Shown in pieces: positions 27,960-36,867 of a DNA stretch of 40,130 nucleotides. A program made the position numbers and the translations under genes. How positions within the stretch are numbered: position 1 is the stretch's first letter; every line of letters begins with the position of its first letter. Below the pieces are notes generated by a model. The model was not told where the DNA came from, ran no database searches, and saw only the letters and a list, made by a program, of their open reading frames with translations. Source of the DNA: Verrucomicrobiota bacterium (GTDB taxonomy: Bacteria > Verrucomicrobiota > Verrucomicrobiia > Limisphaerales > SXQI01); NCBI GenBank assembly GCA_033762115.1, contig JANRLX010000077.1:1-40130 (forward strand). Direction: 5' to 3'.

Positions 27960-27984
27960 GAAAGAAAGAGAACGGATTTATTTG

Positions 27985-30900
27985 TTACTCCACCAGCACA
28001 ACTCGATAAAATTGAACGTCACCATCGGCAGGCGGTTCGAATTCCATTTCGTTTCCATTGCCTGTGACGGATTGCTGGATGGTGATCCAATTGGTCGAGT
28101 TCAACGAGGAAGCGGCCTCGATGCGATATTGTTTTCCCTGGGCACTTGGCCAGCGGAGCGTGACCGGTTTGTCGCCACTTTGTTTCCGGGCAGCGATCAT
28201 CCTGAAGACAGAGGCAAGATCGGTGGGTAGTGTCCCTGCCTTAAATTCTTCCATGTTGGACATTCCATCTCCATCCGCATCGGCTGAGGCAGCAGAAAGA
28301 ATGTTGATCAAGGAACCGAAATGCTGGATACGCCACTGATCCGTGATGCCATCGTTCCAACCGAGAGCCGTGCGGTTGCTCATGACAACGACGGCATCCT
28401 TGCTGGAGGCAGGAATGCGATAGAGCCCATCCGGCGTGGCTGAAACTGCCTTGATGTGAACCCGAAGAGCACAATTTGGATCAGCATAGCTTGGAATTGG
28501 AATTTCGAGCGTGCCGACGAGATTTGTGCCGGTCAACCCGGCTGTATTGAGATTCATCCAGGCTGCGCCGTAAAGCGTGCGTGTGGCAGCACCGCCAAAT
28601 GTGGGATTGCCGAGAACCGGGTTTGGAATGAAACGCAAATTTTCCGTTAATTCAACGGGCACATCAATGGACTGGACCTCGAGATTGAGGTGCAACCCAC
28701 GGATTGGGTAGGGCCCTTCGATTTGAGCATAGATTGGAACACGAGCAACGCCGCCCTGCGGAGCGTGAGTGTTTCCGGCCACGAAGGTGACATGCGGCTG
28801 TTCAGCGCCTGGAGGAATTGGTGACAATGCCGGTCCGACCAGTGAAACGTCCGACTGACGGGAGACGCTTTGGCGGAAAATATTGGGCACCACACTTGCC
28901 CGGCGCACTCCGCCGCTCCAGTAACGTTCGTACCAGACAAGCGTGGGGTCGAGGGAGCGCCGGAAATTGACGAATAAATCGAGGATATCGAGGATCCCGT
29001 CCCCGAAACCGATGGAGTTGATGATGGTGTCATTTCCATCGAGCAAGGGAGCTGCGGAAACATCAACTCCATTGGTGGTCACGCAACAGGTGTCCATGGT
29101 ATCGTAAAAATCGCTGCCTGGAGGCGGTGAATTCACGCCGTAAATAATGGTTTGATGCAACTGCTCCATGTCGTTGTTAAGGATCTGACCATTGCCGAAG
29201 TCCCCGGCGTTGAACCAGCGGAAAGGCGCGGCGTCCCCTACGGTGTAGCGGATTTCCCCGATGGTGATGGTTTGTACGGCACGGATGGGAATATTGGTGT
29301 TTGAACCATCCGGAGCCTCGATGAAGACATCTTCGCGTACCCCATCCGAATTCCCTGAAGGGCGGCCGATCCTGATCTGGTAAGTGTCGCTTGCGTCAGC
29401 GGTTGGTGGCAAAACAAATGAGTAACCGCCGAGGACCACCTGTCCATTGGCATTCAGAAAGAGTGTGTCGTGTGCCTGTGAATAGGAGATGAGGTCCTGG
29501 TTTTTGGTGTTATAGAGGTTGGTGAAGGTAGCGCGTTCCAGCCAGCCGACTCCCAAAAGATTGGCTGCGGTGTTGGTGAACAGGAGGTCGCGGAATGTCA
29601 GGACATAATTGGTCACTGTGCTGATGTTTGTGCCGGATGGGGTGACAACCACGATGTTGGAGAGGAAAGCCGTTGAGAATTCGAATGTTTGGGGCGGAAT
29701 AATCCTGTTACCGCGAGGCAGGACCTCAACCAGCATCGATTCGAAACCAGGTGAATAAGCGCCAGCGGGGGAGCCGGGCAGGTTGGTGATTGAAAGGTTG
29801 AACTGCAAACCATACATGGTGGCACGGGGGGCGTTGCTTAAGGTCACCGGGGCAAAGAACCGCTGGCCGGGAGCTGCAATAAACACGCTCGAAGCTTCGC
29901 CGGAAGGAAACCCGAAACTGATCCGGACCGGCGCAATTCCACCGGGACTGCCTGTAGCGATTTCGCTGCCGATTGTCCCGATGAATGCCCGCACCTGAAG
30001 GGCTGACAAGTCAACCGGAGCGGTCAAAACAATCCTGCCCAAACCGTTAACGATTGGAATTTCAGTATCTGTCAGTTGCGGGGAGAGGCCGTTCAAAGTG
30101 TAAAATAACCGAGTGCCAGCAGGGAAAAGTCCTCCCGGAGCGTTTGTATTATAAACAACGAGGTTGACGTTGGTGAAAGAATAGCCTGTGTTGGGAGTGA
30201 AGGCCGGACGAGGCAAGGCAACCTGGCCCCCCTGGACAGTTCCACCGAATTCCCCATTCGGACCATAGGTTGAAACGCGAAGAGTATTGAGGTCCACGAA
30301 ATCGGTGAAGGTGATGACGGCGCGGCCATTTTCCACCGGCACCCTGATTCCGTTGTCAGGCGTAGGGTTTGACCCGTCGATGGTGTAGTAAACCTGGGAC
30401 AATGGACTGAGCAAACCATTGGTGGAGTTGCCGCTTGTCACCTGCACCACCACGCCGGTGGTGAACAATCCGGAAGAGGGGGTGATGACTGGAACATCGA
30501 CAATGAAGATGTTCGTGTTCACCACGTTTGTCGGCAAGGTCAAGCCGCTGACCTGGCGAACAATATGATAGAAAAATTCTGTGCCATAAACCGTTCCATT
30601 GGTGGAAACCGTGACCCCGACGGGATCCCTGACTTCCGCAACTGCAACGCTTCCATCCGCCCAACCAGGAAAAATGCTGGGGTCCGATAGGTTTTCCCAG
30701 GCTGCTGGATTGATGCCGTAGAGTACGTTCACGCTGCCACCACCGCTGATCAACCGGACCCGGTGATTGCCACGATCCGCCACGACGACGCTGCCGCCGG
30801 TACCACGCGCAATTTGCCACGGTTGATTAAAACGGGCTGAGCGCCCCACGCCATTCACCATTCCTGCTGAACCAGGCATGCCGACCGTCTGCCGTTCTGA

Positions 30901-31584
30901 ACCATCAGAATTCAGGAAGCGAACGGTATGTTGCAATGAGTCGCTGACGACAATGGTGGAATCTTCCATTACCGCAATGCCTCGCAAACCTGTTGCACCC
31001 GCGACCTGAAAACTGCGGATGAATGTATCGTTCTCGTATACCCGAACCAATCCGGTGAGGTGCGCGACGTAAATACGGTCCTGGGCATCCACAGCCACGG
31101 CGGTTGGCGAGCTAAACCCGGTTTCGATGACCCGTTCCTGATCGCCAGTGGTGTTGAGTTTGAGAACAGTTCCCGAACCCTGGTTGACGACATAGATGCC
31201 AAGCGTGGAACTGACGGCGATGGCCACGGGGTTATCTAGAAGTGAAATCCCATTTTCAATGCGCTGCGCCACGGTTTCGACCACATTGCCGCCGGGAGTA
31301 AGGCGGCGAACCGCGTCATTATTGCTGTCAGCGATGTAGAGATTCCCGTTCAGGGCGAATGCGATTCCCTGCGGCCCATTGAACTGGGACACGGTATTGT
31401 CACCATCAACAAACCCGGCAAAAGCGCCAGCGATGGTTGAGACAGTGGCATTGGTGGTGGCCTGCTGCGCCGTTGCATTGTCGACGAAGCCGAAGGCAAT
31501 CAATGCAATGAGTAGTGAGAGAAGCCGAGACTGCCAGCCACGGGGCGTGGTGGGTCTCTTTTGAGATTTAGAGTGTAAGGACAT
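27985..31584 (-). CDS. Large secreted protein: NHL beta-propeller, two Fn3-associated-like domains, cohesin/dockerin-like region and conserved C-terminal domain
   Basis: Signal peptide; NHL repeats (FNGPQGIA..LYIADSNN.AVR, FNQPWQIA..VVADRGNHRVR); YYTIDGSNP and FYTLNGLSP; DADGDGMSN.EE..AGT.P.D; ends QFYRVVLVE. Confidence 0.85.
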   Translation of the reverse strand: MSLHSKSQKRPTTPRGWQSRLLSLLIALIAFGFVDNATAQQATTNATVSTIAGAFAGFVDGDNTVSQFNGPQGIAFALNGNLYIADSNNDAVRRLTPGGNVVETVAQRIENGISLLDNPVAIAVSSTLGIYVVNQGSGTVLKLNTTGDQERVIETGFSSPTAVAVDAQDRIYVAHLTGLVRVYENDTFIRSFQVAGATGLRGIAVMEDSTIVVSDSLQHTVRFLNSDGSERQTVGMPGSAGMVNGVGRSARFNQPWQIARGTGGSVVVADRGNHRVRLISGGGSVNVLYGINPAAWENLSDPSIFPGWADGSVAVAEVRDPVGVTVSTNGTVYGTEFFYHIVRQVSGLTLPTNVVNTNIFIVDVPVITPSSGLFTTGVVVQVTSGNSTNGLLSPLSQVYYTIDGSNPTPDNGIRVPVENGRAVITFTDFVDLNTLRVSTYGPNGEFGGTVQGGQVALPRPAFTPNTGYSFTNVNLVVYNTNAPGGLFPAGTRLFYTLNGLSPQLTDTEIPIVNGLGRIVLTAPVDLSALQVRAFIGTIGSEIATGSPGGIAPVRISFGFPSGEASSVFIAAPGQRFFAPVTLSNAPRATMYGLQFNLSITNLPGSPAGAYSPGFESMLVEVLPRGNRIIPPQTFEFSTAFLSNIVVVTPSGTNISTVTNYVLTFRDLLFTNTAANLLGVGWLERATFTNLYNTKNQDLISYSQAHDTLFLNANGQVVLGGYSFVLPPTADASDTYQIRIGRPSGNSDGVREDVFIEAPDGSNTNIPIRAVQTITIGEIRYTVGDAAPFRWFNAGDFGNGQILNNDMEQLHQTIIYGVNSPPPGSDFYDTMDTCCVTTNGVDVSAAPLLDGNDTIINSIGFGDGILDILDLFVNFRRSLDPTLVWYERYWSGGVRRASVVPNIFRQSVSRQSDVSLVGPALSPIPPGAEQPHVTFVAGNTHAPQGGVARVPIYAQIEGPYPIRGLHLNLEVQSIDVPVELTENLRFIPNPVLGNPTFGGAATRTLYGAAWMNLNTAGLTGTNLVGTLEIPIPSYADPNCALRVHIKAVSATPDGLYRIPASSKDAVVVMSNRTALGWNDGITDQWRIQHFGSLINILSAASADADGDGMSNMEEFKAGTLPTDLASVFRMIAARKQSGDKPVTLRWPSAQGKQYRIEAASSLNSTNWITIQQSVTGNGNEMEFEPPADGDVQFYRVVLVE

Positions 31585-31605
31585 AATTCTCCATTCTGAA
31601 AACGG

Positions 31606-33591
31606 TTAAAATGCGTTTTCGTCTGAAGCTTGTTTCTTTTTGTTTTTGTCCCATTCGGCCGGTTTGCCGCTATCCTTGAAATCAACTTCGACTGGTGAAT
31701 GTTCAGGCATTTTTGTATTCAGGAAATCCGTCCGGTAAGGTTGGAAATCCTCTCCTTCCACAATCGTCGGAGTCACAAAAATAATTAAGTTGGCTTTTGA
31801 CCGTTCCTTGCTTTCCCTGCGGAAGGCATAACCAAGGAGAGGAATATCACCGAGGAAAGGCACCTTGGAATAACCTTTGGAGGTTGAATCGCTGATCAAA
31901 CCACCCATGACGAGGGTGTTGCCGCTGGGGATCAAGACTGAAGTATCGATTTTGCTTGATGCAAAAATGTCCGCTTCGTTGACCTTGCCCGCGACAATTT
32001 TCCGTGAAGGAGTGGGTTCAACCCGGCTGATTTCAGGACGGACTCGCAAGGCGACATTGGAACCGGTAATTCGAGGAGTGACGAGAAGGATGGTACCAAT
32101 ATTGGTATAATTTGGTTTGGTGCTGGAAACCGTGGTGCCTGCCTGCCCGATGCCTTCGCTGGCATCGAAGATTGGAATGGAACGAGTCACTTCGAGACGG
32201 GTTTCCATATTGTCCAGAGTCACCGCACGTGGAGTCGCGAGCACTTTTGTGTCGGACTCGCTGTTGAGGAATGAAAGCACTGCGTTTACTCCCTGGGCAT
32301 TGAGGAAGGCGGTGCTCGGATTGAAACCGCCAGCAGTGCTCAAGCTGACTGCTGTGCTGGAGAAATCGGTAATGGTGCTGGAAGTTTTTTCCGAGGTCGT
32401 GCTGGAAGGAGAAGTGCTCTGAACGACACGTCCGCTGGGCAGGACGGTGGTTGTGGTGGCACCAGGGCTTCTGGTAGTGGTTGTATCGGTGGTGCCACCG
32501 CTGATTGTACCATTGCCAAAAGTAAACCGTTGTCCCTGGAGCGTGTCTGTCCAATCGATTCCCTTGAGCGATTTGGGGTTTTGGAAAGTTTCGAGGAAGC
32601 GGGCCTCAATGAGGACCTGACGTGTGGGAGTGTCCAATTGCCAGATCAAGTTTGTTATCGATTCATATTCTTTCTGCGTGCTGAGCAAAACCAATTGGGC
32701 GGTGCGATGGTCAGCGCGAACGCGGCTTGTGGGGAAAGTGGCCTGAATGAGATCAACGATATTTGTGACACTGCTGTATTCGAGGCGAATGACATAGGTG
32801 TACATTGGCTCCTTGGCAGCCGGATCACGGAAGGTAACCTGGGAAAATTGAGTTCGAGGATCAGTAATCAGCACCAGTCCGAAGTTGTTCAAAACCGCTT
32901 CCAAAGCCTGATGCGGGGAAACTCCCCCATAGCTGGAGAGTGAAACGGTGTTGGTGGCGACGGGCGGCAGTTCAATGATGTTTGTCCCGACCTGGCGCGT
33001 TCCGCCGGTTTTGACCTTGGGGTCAATCAGGATATTGAGCTTGGCGAGCCTGCCAAGCATCTGGATGGCGGTCAGAAGCGGTACTTCCTTGTTTGGGTCG
33101 AAGAAAGCATCCATGTTCGCGCTTTCCTGTGGGGAAAGTGCGTCAAGGTTTTCAGCGGCCTTAAAAGGTGTGATGCCGGATTCCGCGGCGGCGACGAACA
33201 AGCCCGGGCGATCGGGATAAGTGCCGAGCACCAGATTATTCCTGGCCAATAATTGCTCCATGGCCTGAACAAAGGTGACGTTGGTCAGCACGAGCGGTCC
33301 GGCGGGCTGTCGCAAAATAGGGCCGGGCTGTCCATTTTCCAATAACTCGGGGCCGTATTGAAAGGTGATCCCGGAATTTTGCGCGAAGTTGGCGAGGGCA
33401 TCTCCAAGCGAAAAATCGGCGGCAAGCTTGATTTCCCCATGCATTTCGGCGGCAGGATTGGCATTTGTGGAAACACCTGCCAGTTTTGCATTGGTAATTT
33501 CAGTAGGGCTTGATGCAGCAGGAGCAGCGTCCTGGGCGAGCACGAACCCGCATTGCAGAGCAATTATCATCAAACACAATTTAGCGTTCAT
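31606..33591 (-). CDS. pilQ: Secretin, PilQ/GspD-like
   Basis: LD.PTRQVLIEARF.E, ATPRAVTLDN, IGTILLVTPRI, GNTLVMGGLI, KVPFLGDIPLLGYAFR and LIIFVTPTIV. Position after pilMNOP-like genes supports pilQ. Start placed at ATG 33591. Confidence 0.88.
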   Translation of the reverse strand: MNAKLCLMIIALQCGFVLAQDAAPAASSPTEITNAKLAGVSTNANPAAEMHGEIKLAADFSLGDALANFAQNSGITFQYGPELLENGQPGPILRQPAGPLVLTNVTFVQAMEQLLARNNLVLGTYPDRPGLFVAAAESGITPFKAAENLDALSPQESANMDAFFDPNKEVPLLTAIQMLGRLAKLNILIDPKVKTGGTRQVGTNIIELPPVATNTVSLSSYGGVSPHQALEAVLNNFGLVLITDPRTQFSQVTFRDPAAKEPMYTYVIRLEYSSVTNIVDLIQATFPTSRVRADHRTAQLVLLSTQKEYESITNLIWQLDTPTRQVLIEARFLETFQNPKSLKGIDWTDTLQGQRFTFGNGTISGGTTDTTTTRSPGATTTTVLPSGRVVQSTSPSSTTSEKTSSTITDFSSTAVSLSTAGGFNPSTAFLNAQGVNAVLSFLNSESDTKVLATPRAVTLDNMETRLEVTRSIPIFDASEGIGQAGTTVSSTKPNYTNIGTILLVTPRITGSNVALRVRPEISRVEPTPSRKIVAGKVNEADIFASSKIDTSVLIPSGNTLVMGGLISDSTSKGYSKVPFLGDIPLLGYAFRRESKERSKANLIIFVTPTIVEGEDFQPYRTDFLNTKMPEHSPVEVDFKDSGKPAEWDKNKKKQASDENAF

Positions 33592-33642
33592 ATCTTTAGT
33601 TCTTGCACTTACCGACAGGTTAACCAGGAACAATGCGCAGTT

Positions 33643-34182
33643 TTATTGCGCCATAGTTAATGTGATTGGCTGAGAATCCCCAGCCACTGTTAGGGTCACC
33701 GAATTTTTTAGAATCCGAACCGGACGAACACGGACATCCTGACGTTTGCCATCAATGGTCATCGGGATGATGGTTTCCTTGTTCATTTCGACAACGACAT
33801 TATGAATTAAGGCCATGCGTTCATTGGCAGTACCAAAGATACCTTGAAAGCCCTCCTGCAATAGTGATGCCAGATTTGCCTTGGGCGCCGCGGCCTTGGG
33901 AGCTTCACCAGGCTGCTGCTTCTGGGCAGCAGGGGCGGAATTGGGAAAAAACGGATTTTTCCCAGGATTGTTCGTTTCGAAAACAGATTTGGGTGAAGGC
34001 AATGTTGAAAGCGTCGCTGTGGCTGTTTCGACGGCTGCGACTGGCAACGGTTTTGCCGCTGTTTTTGGTGTCGTGGTCGCAGTAGTATCGGCGGATTTGC
34101 CGCAACCCAACAGGAGGAACCCGCATAATGCGCTGATCAAAGCTGTCTCGCGCCAACGGATTGTTCTGTTCATGGTGTCCAT
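33643..34182 (-). CDS. PilP-like lipoprotein
   Basis: Lipobox LLGC, Pro/Ala/Thr linker with KNPF and a C-terminal beta domain. Sits in the PilP position. Confidence 0.65.
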   Translation of the reverse strand: MDTMNRTIRWRETALISALCGFLLLGCGKSADTTATTTPKTAAKPLPVAAVETATATLSTLPSPKSVFETNNPGKNPFFPNSAPAAQKQQPGEAPKAAAPKANLASLLQEGFQGIFGTANERMALIHNVVVEMNKETIIPMTIDGKRQDVRVRPVRILKNSVTLTVAGDSQPITLTMAQ

Positions 34183-34190
34183 TTCCTGGG

Positions 34191-34823
34191 CTATGAGGTG
34201 GTTGGCTTGATCAACGTGACCACTTTTAACTCGATGTTTAGTTTTTCACTGACATTGCCAGCAGGCATTTGCGCTGGAGCAGAATTGGTTCCAGTTCCCA
34301 TAAAGGAACCGACCTGGCGTGACATTGGAAGAATTCGCAAATCCTGCACCCGCATATAGGGATAAGCATTTTCGAAATCAGCCAAAAATTTGCCGAAATC
34401 ATGGAAGGGGGCATTCAATCGAACCCCAAAAACGGCAGTTTTATATGGAAACTTGGGTAATAACCCCGCATCGGAAAACGTGGGTTGGGTCATATCAACG
34501 ATCTGAACATTATAATTTTTCCGGAAGGAATCGAGGAGGCGGAAGAACCAGATATAATATTGGCCCGGAGGAGCCATATCCTTCTGATGCTGGTCGAGTT
34601 CCTTCTGGATTGTCTGCAACTCCTCATCAATTACCGCAGCGGTCTTTAAGAGGCGTTTGGCTTTTTCGTGCCGGTCCTGCAGCGTGGAAATTTTAGACTG
34701 ATATTCAGTGATTTTGGCATTCTGGCTGGAGATCACGAAAAAATAGAGCACAGCCATTAGCCCGAGCGCTGATACAATAATAATCAGCAGCTTGTCCTTT
34801 TTATCTTTCGAGAGCTTACTCAT
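34191..34823 (-). CDS. pilO: Type IV pilus assembly protein PilO-like
   Basis: N-terminal TM, coiled coil and FHDFGKFLADFEN motif; follows pilN. ATG 34823 overlaps the pilN end. Confidence 0.75.
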   Translation of the reverse strand: MSKLSKDKKDKLLIIIVSALGLMAVLYFFVISSQNAKITEYQSKISTLQDRHEKAKRLLKTAAVIDEELQTIQKELDQHQKDMAPPGQYYIWFFRLLDSFRKNYNVQIVDMTQPTFSDAGLLPKFPYKTAVFGVRLNAPFHDFGKFLADFENAYPYMRVQDLRILPMSRQVGSFMGTGTNSAPAQMPAGNVSEKLNIELKVVTLIKPTTS

Positions 34824-35715
34824 TGGCAAATACCCTCTCCTGAAAACGCATTTCTATAGTGAAAGGAATGTGCGGCGTTGAAGGGCTAATGGGATCGGAA
34901 GCATCAACACGCGCCTGCGGCGGTCGCTCTTTGTAACGAAGCCCCTGCCCTTCCATCTGATGAAGACGTTCCCGCAAATAGGGGATCGAAGTCAGGCTGC
35001 GGGTAAACAGGTCCATCAGCGAACCAGGAGGATTTCCAAAATCTTTCCCGCGAATTTCAACAGTGGTGATTTCTGTCGCAGTGATTGGGGTAGAGAACTC
35101 CACCCGAACGGTAATTTCTCCGGTGGCGACATTTGTTGAAGAGACTGTGCTCCTGGTGGTCAGAGGCAAATTATTGGTCGTGAATGGAGGACGGTTTGTA
35201 AAGGTTTTAAAAGCGTCCTGCGCCAGCACAGTTGGCGGAATGACAGGGGGCGCAGAGGCCCAGAATTTCCAGGCCGGGGGCCGCGGGGTGAATGGCACGA
35301 CGATATTGGTCGTGAAAAATTTTGCCGGGGCATTGGTCGGAAAGGATTGATCAGTGCTGATGGAAATGACCCGGATACCATCCACAACCGCGCCCTGCAT
35401 GGCGTTCAATGTGGAGCCCCAAAGTAATCGGTTGGTGGAATATTTTCGTAATGAATGAAGGCTCTTTTCCACGTCGCCAACGAGGAGTTGTTTGCTCCGG
35501 ACGGTTTTGGAAGCTTCTTCATCCTTGAGGAGGGCAGCTTCCAGGTTTGTCATTTCAGAGCGGGCGGCATTGGCGCGCATCTGCAGCATGACTCCCCATA
35601 TTAATGTGGCAAACACCAGGATGCTGCCGATCCAGATCGCCCGTTTGACGGGGTCCCTGCGCCGCATCTCTTCCGCAGCCTGTTGCTCAGCCAATAAATT
35701 TATGCGAATAGGCAT
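34816..35715 (-). CDS. pilN: Type IV pilus assembly protein PilN-like
   Basis: N-terminal RINLL PilM-binding motif, TM and coiled coil; directly after pilM. Confidence 0.75.
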   Translation of the reverse strand: MPIRINLLAEQQAAEEMRRRDPVKRAIWIGSILVFATLIWGVMLQMRANAARSEMTNLEAALLKDEEASKTVRSKQLLVGDVEKSLHSLRKYSTNRLLWGSTLNAMQGAVVDGIRVISISTDQSFPTNAPAKFFTTNIVVPFTPRPPAWKFWASAPPVIPPTVLAQDAFKTFTNRPPFTTNNLPLTTRSTVSSTNVATGEITVRVEFSTPITATEITTVEIRGKDFGNPPGSLMDLFTRSLTSIPYLRERLHQMEGQGLRYKERPPQARVDASDPISPSTPHIPFTIEMRFQERVFANE

Positions 35716-35726
35716 ATTAACGGACT

Positions 35727-36785
35727 CTAAAAAGCAGCCATTGCCCCACCGACCGCGACCGCCAGTTGCGGCGCGACCTGCTCAACTTCACCCATTTGCT
35801 GAGGCGCCAGCGAAAGTTGCATAAAACTCAGCGGGTTCCACAATTTTGCAGGGACCATCAATTCACTCTGAAGGGATTCCACGATAAATGGGGAGCGGGA
35901 AGAACCTCCCGACATGTAAATTTGAGTGACGGTTTTGTCCTGTTGATGTTCAAAAAAGTCCAGCGAAGCGCGTAATTCCCTGCCCAGCGGCATCAACAAT
36001 GATTGCATGGCAACCTGCACTTCATCCGGCAGGCCCACTTTGATTCCTTCAGCCTCTGCATAGCTGACGCCCATTGATTCAGCCAAGCCGCTGCTGAGCT
36101 TGTCTCCCCCGATGCCGACGACGCGGCTCAATGTCAGTTCGCCATTGTTTAAAATGCTGATGGTCGAATTTTTAAAACCGATATCCACAAGGGCCACGAC
36201 CTCCTTGGAGAAGGCCTCAGGCTCTGCCATTTCAAAGGCATTTGCCGGCGCGACCAGGGAAGGCACGACTAATTCCGCCTGAAAGCCCGCCTGCCGCGCA
36301 GCTTCCTGCAGCATGTCCAATGTTTGTTTTTTGGCCCCTCCTACCAGGACGCGCGCTTTTGTGTTTCTGGGCATTTCACCCGAGGCGGCCTGCTGCAATG
36401 GAAGAATGTGGCAATCGAAAATATACTCGGGAAGATCCTGCTGGAGGTAATTCTTGCTGTTATATTTCAACATCAGCCGCATATCGCTGACAGGCAGGAG
36501 TGGCAATTCGGCGTGGCGGAGGAGGGAATCATGCACCCCAACCACAAGTGTGACTTGCCTGGTGCGTAAACCAAAGGATTGCAGAACACTTTTCAAGTGT
36601 TCTGCAAGAATTTCAGGAGTGAGGCTTTTCTCGACGACTGGCGCGTCCTTGACGGCAAAATTAACCAGCTCAAACCCCTGACCTTTCCGTTGAATGTGGA
36701 CAGCTTTAGTTGATTTAGTTCCCAAATCGACAGAAACGACATGCGATCGCTTCTTCGGCTGCCCACTCTGAAAAGAGGCCAACAT
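35727..36785 (-). CDS. pilM: Type IV pilus assembly protein PilM (actin-like)
   Basis: SVDLG...KAV, ALVDIG...TISI, IGG..L, EAE.IK, ELRASLDFF, YMSGGSS, NPL and LAVAVG.A. Confidence 0.92.
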   Translation of the reverse strand: MLASFQSGQPKKRSHVVSVDLGTKSTKAVHIQRKGQGFELVNFAVKDAPVVEKSLTPEILAEHLKSVLQSFGLRTRQVTLVVGVHDSLLRHAELPLLPVSDMRLMLKYNSKNYLQQDLPEYIFDCHILPLQQAASGEMPRNTKARVLVGGAKKQTLDMLQEAARQAGFQAELVVPSLVAPANAFEMAEPEAFSKEVVALVDIGFKNSTISILNNGELTLSRVVGIGGDKLSSGLAESMGVSYAEAEGIKVGLPDEVQVAMQSLLMPLGRELRASLDFFEHQQDKTVTQIYMSGGSSRSPFIVESLQSELMVPAKLWNPLSFMQLSLAPQQMGEVEQVAPQLAVAVGGAMAAF

Positions 36786-36793
36786 GTGCGGTG

Positions 36794-36822
36794 TTTCTAC
36801 TGAGTTCGGATTGTTAGTTCAA
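36794..36822 (-). promoter_or_regulatory. Possible sigma70-like promoter for pilM
   Basis: Minus strand TTGAAC-N17-TAGAAA, 8 nt before the ATG. Confidence 0.3.
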
Positions 36823-36867
36823 TGAAAATCCGATGCGACATCGGTATTTCCCTTAATTTTCTTTAAT

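Noticed and set aside
36806..36844. Mutually exclusive hairpins (TCGGATT/AATCCGA versus CCGATG/CATCGG) as an attenuator before pilM
   Set aside because: Stems are only 6-7 bp with no leader peptide or riboswitch features, so chance is plausible.
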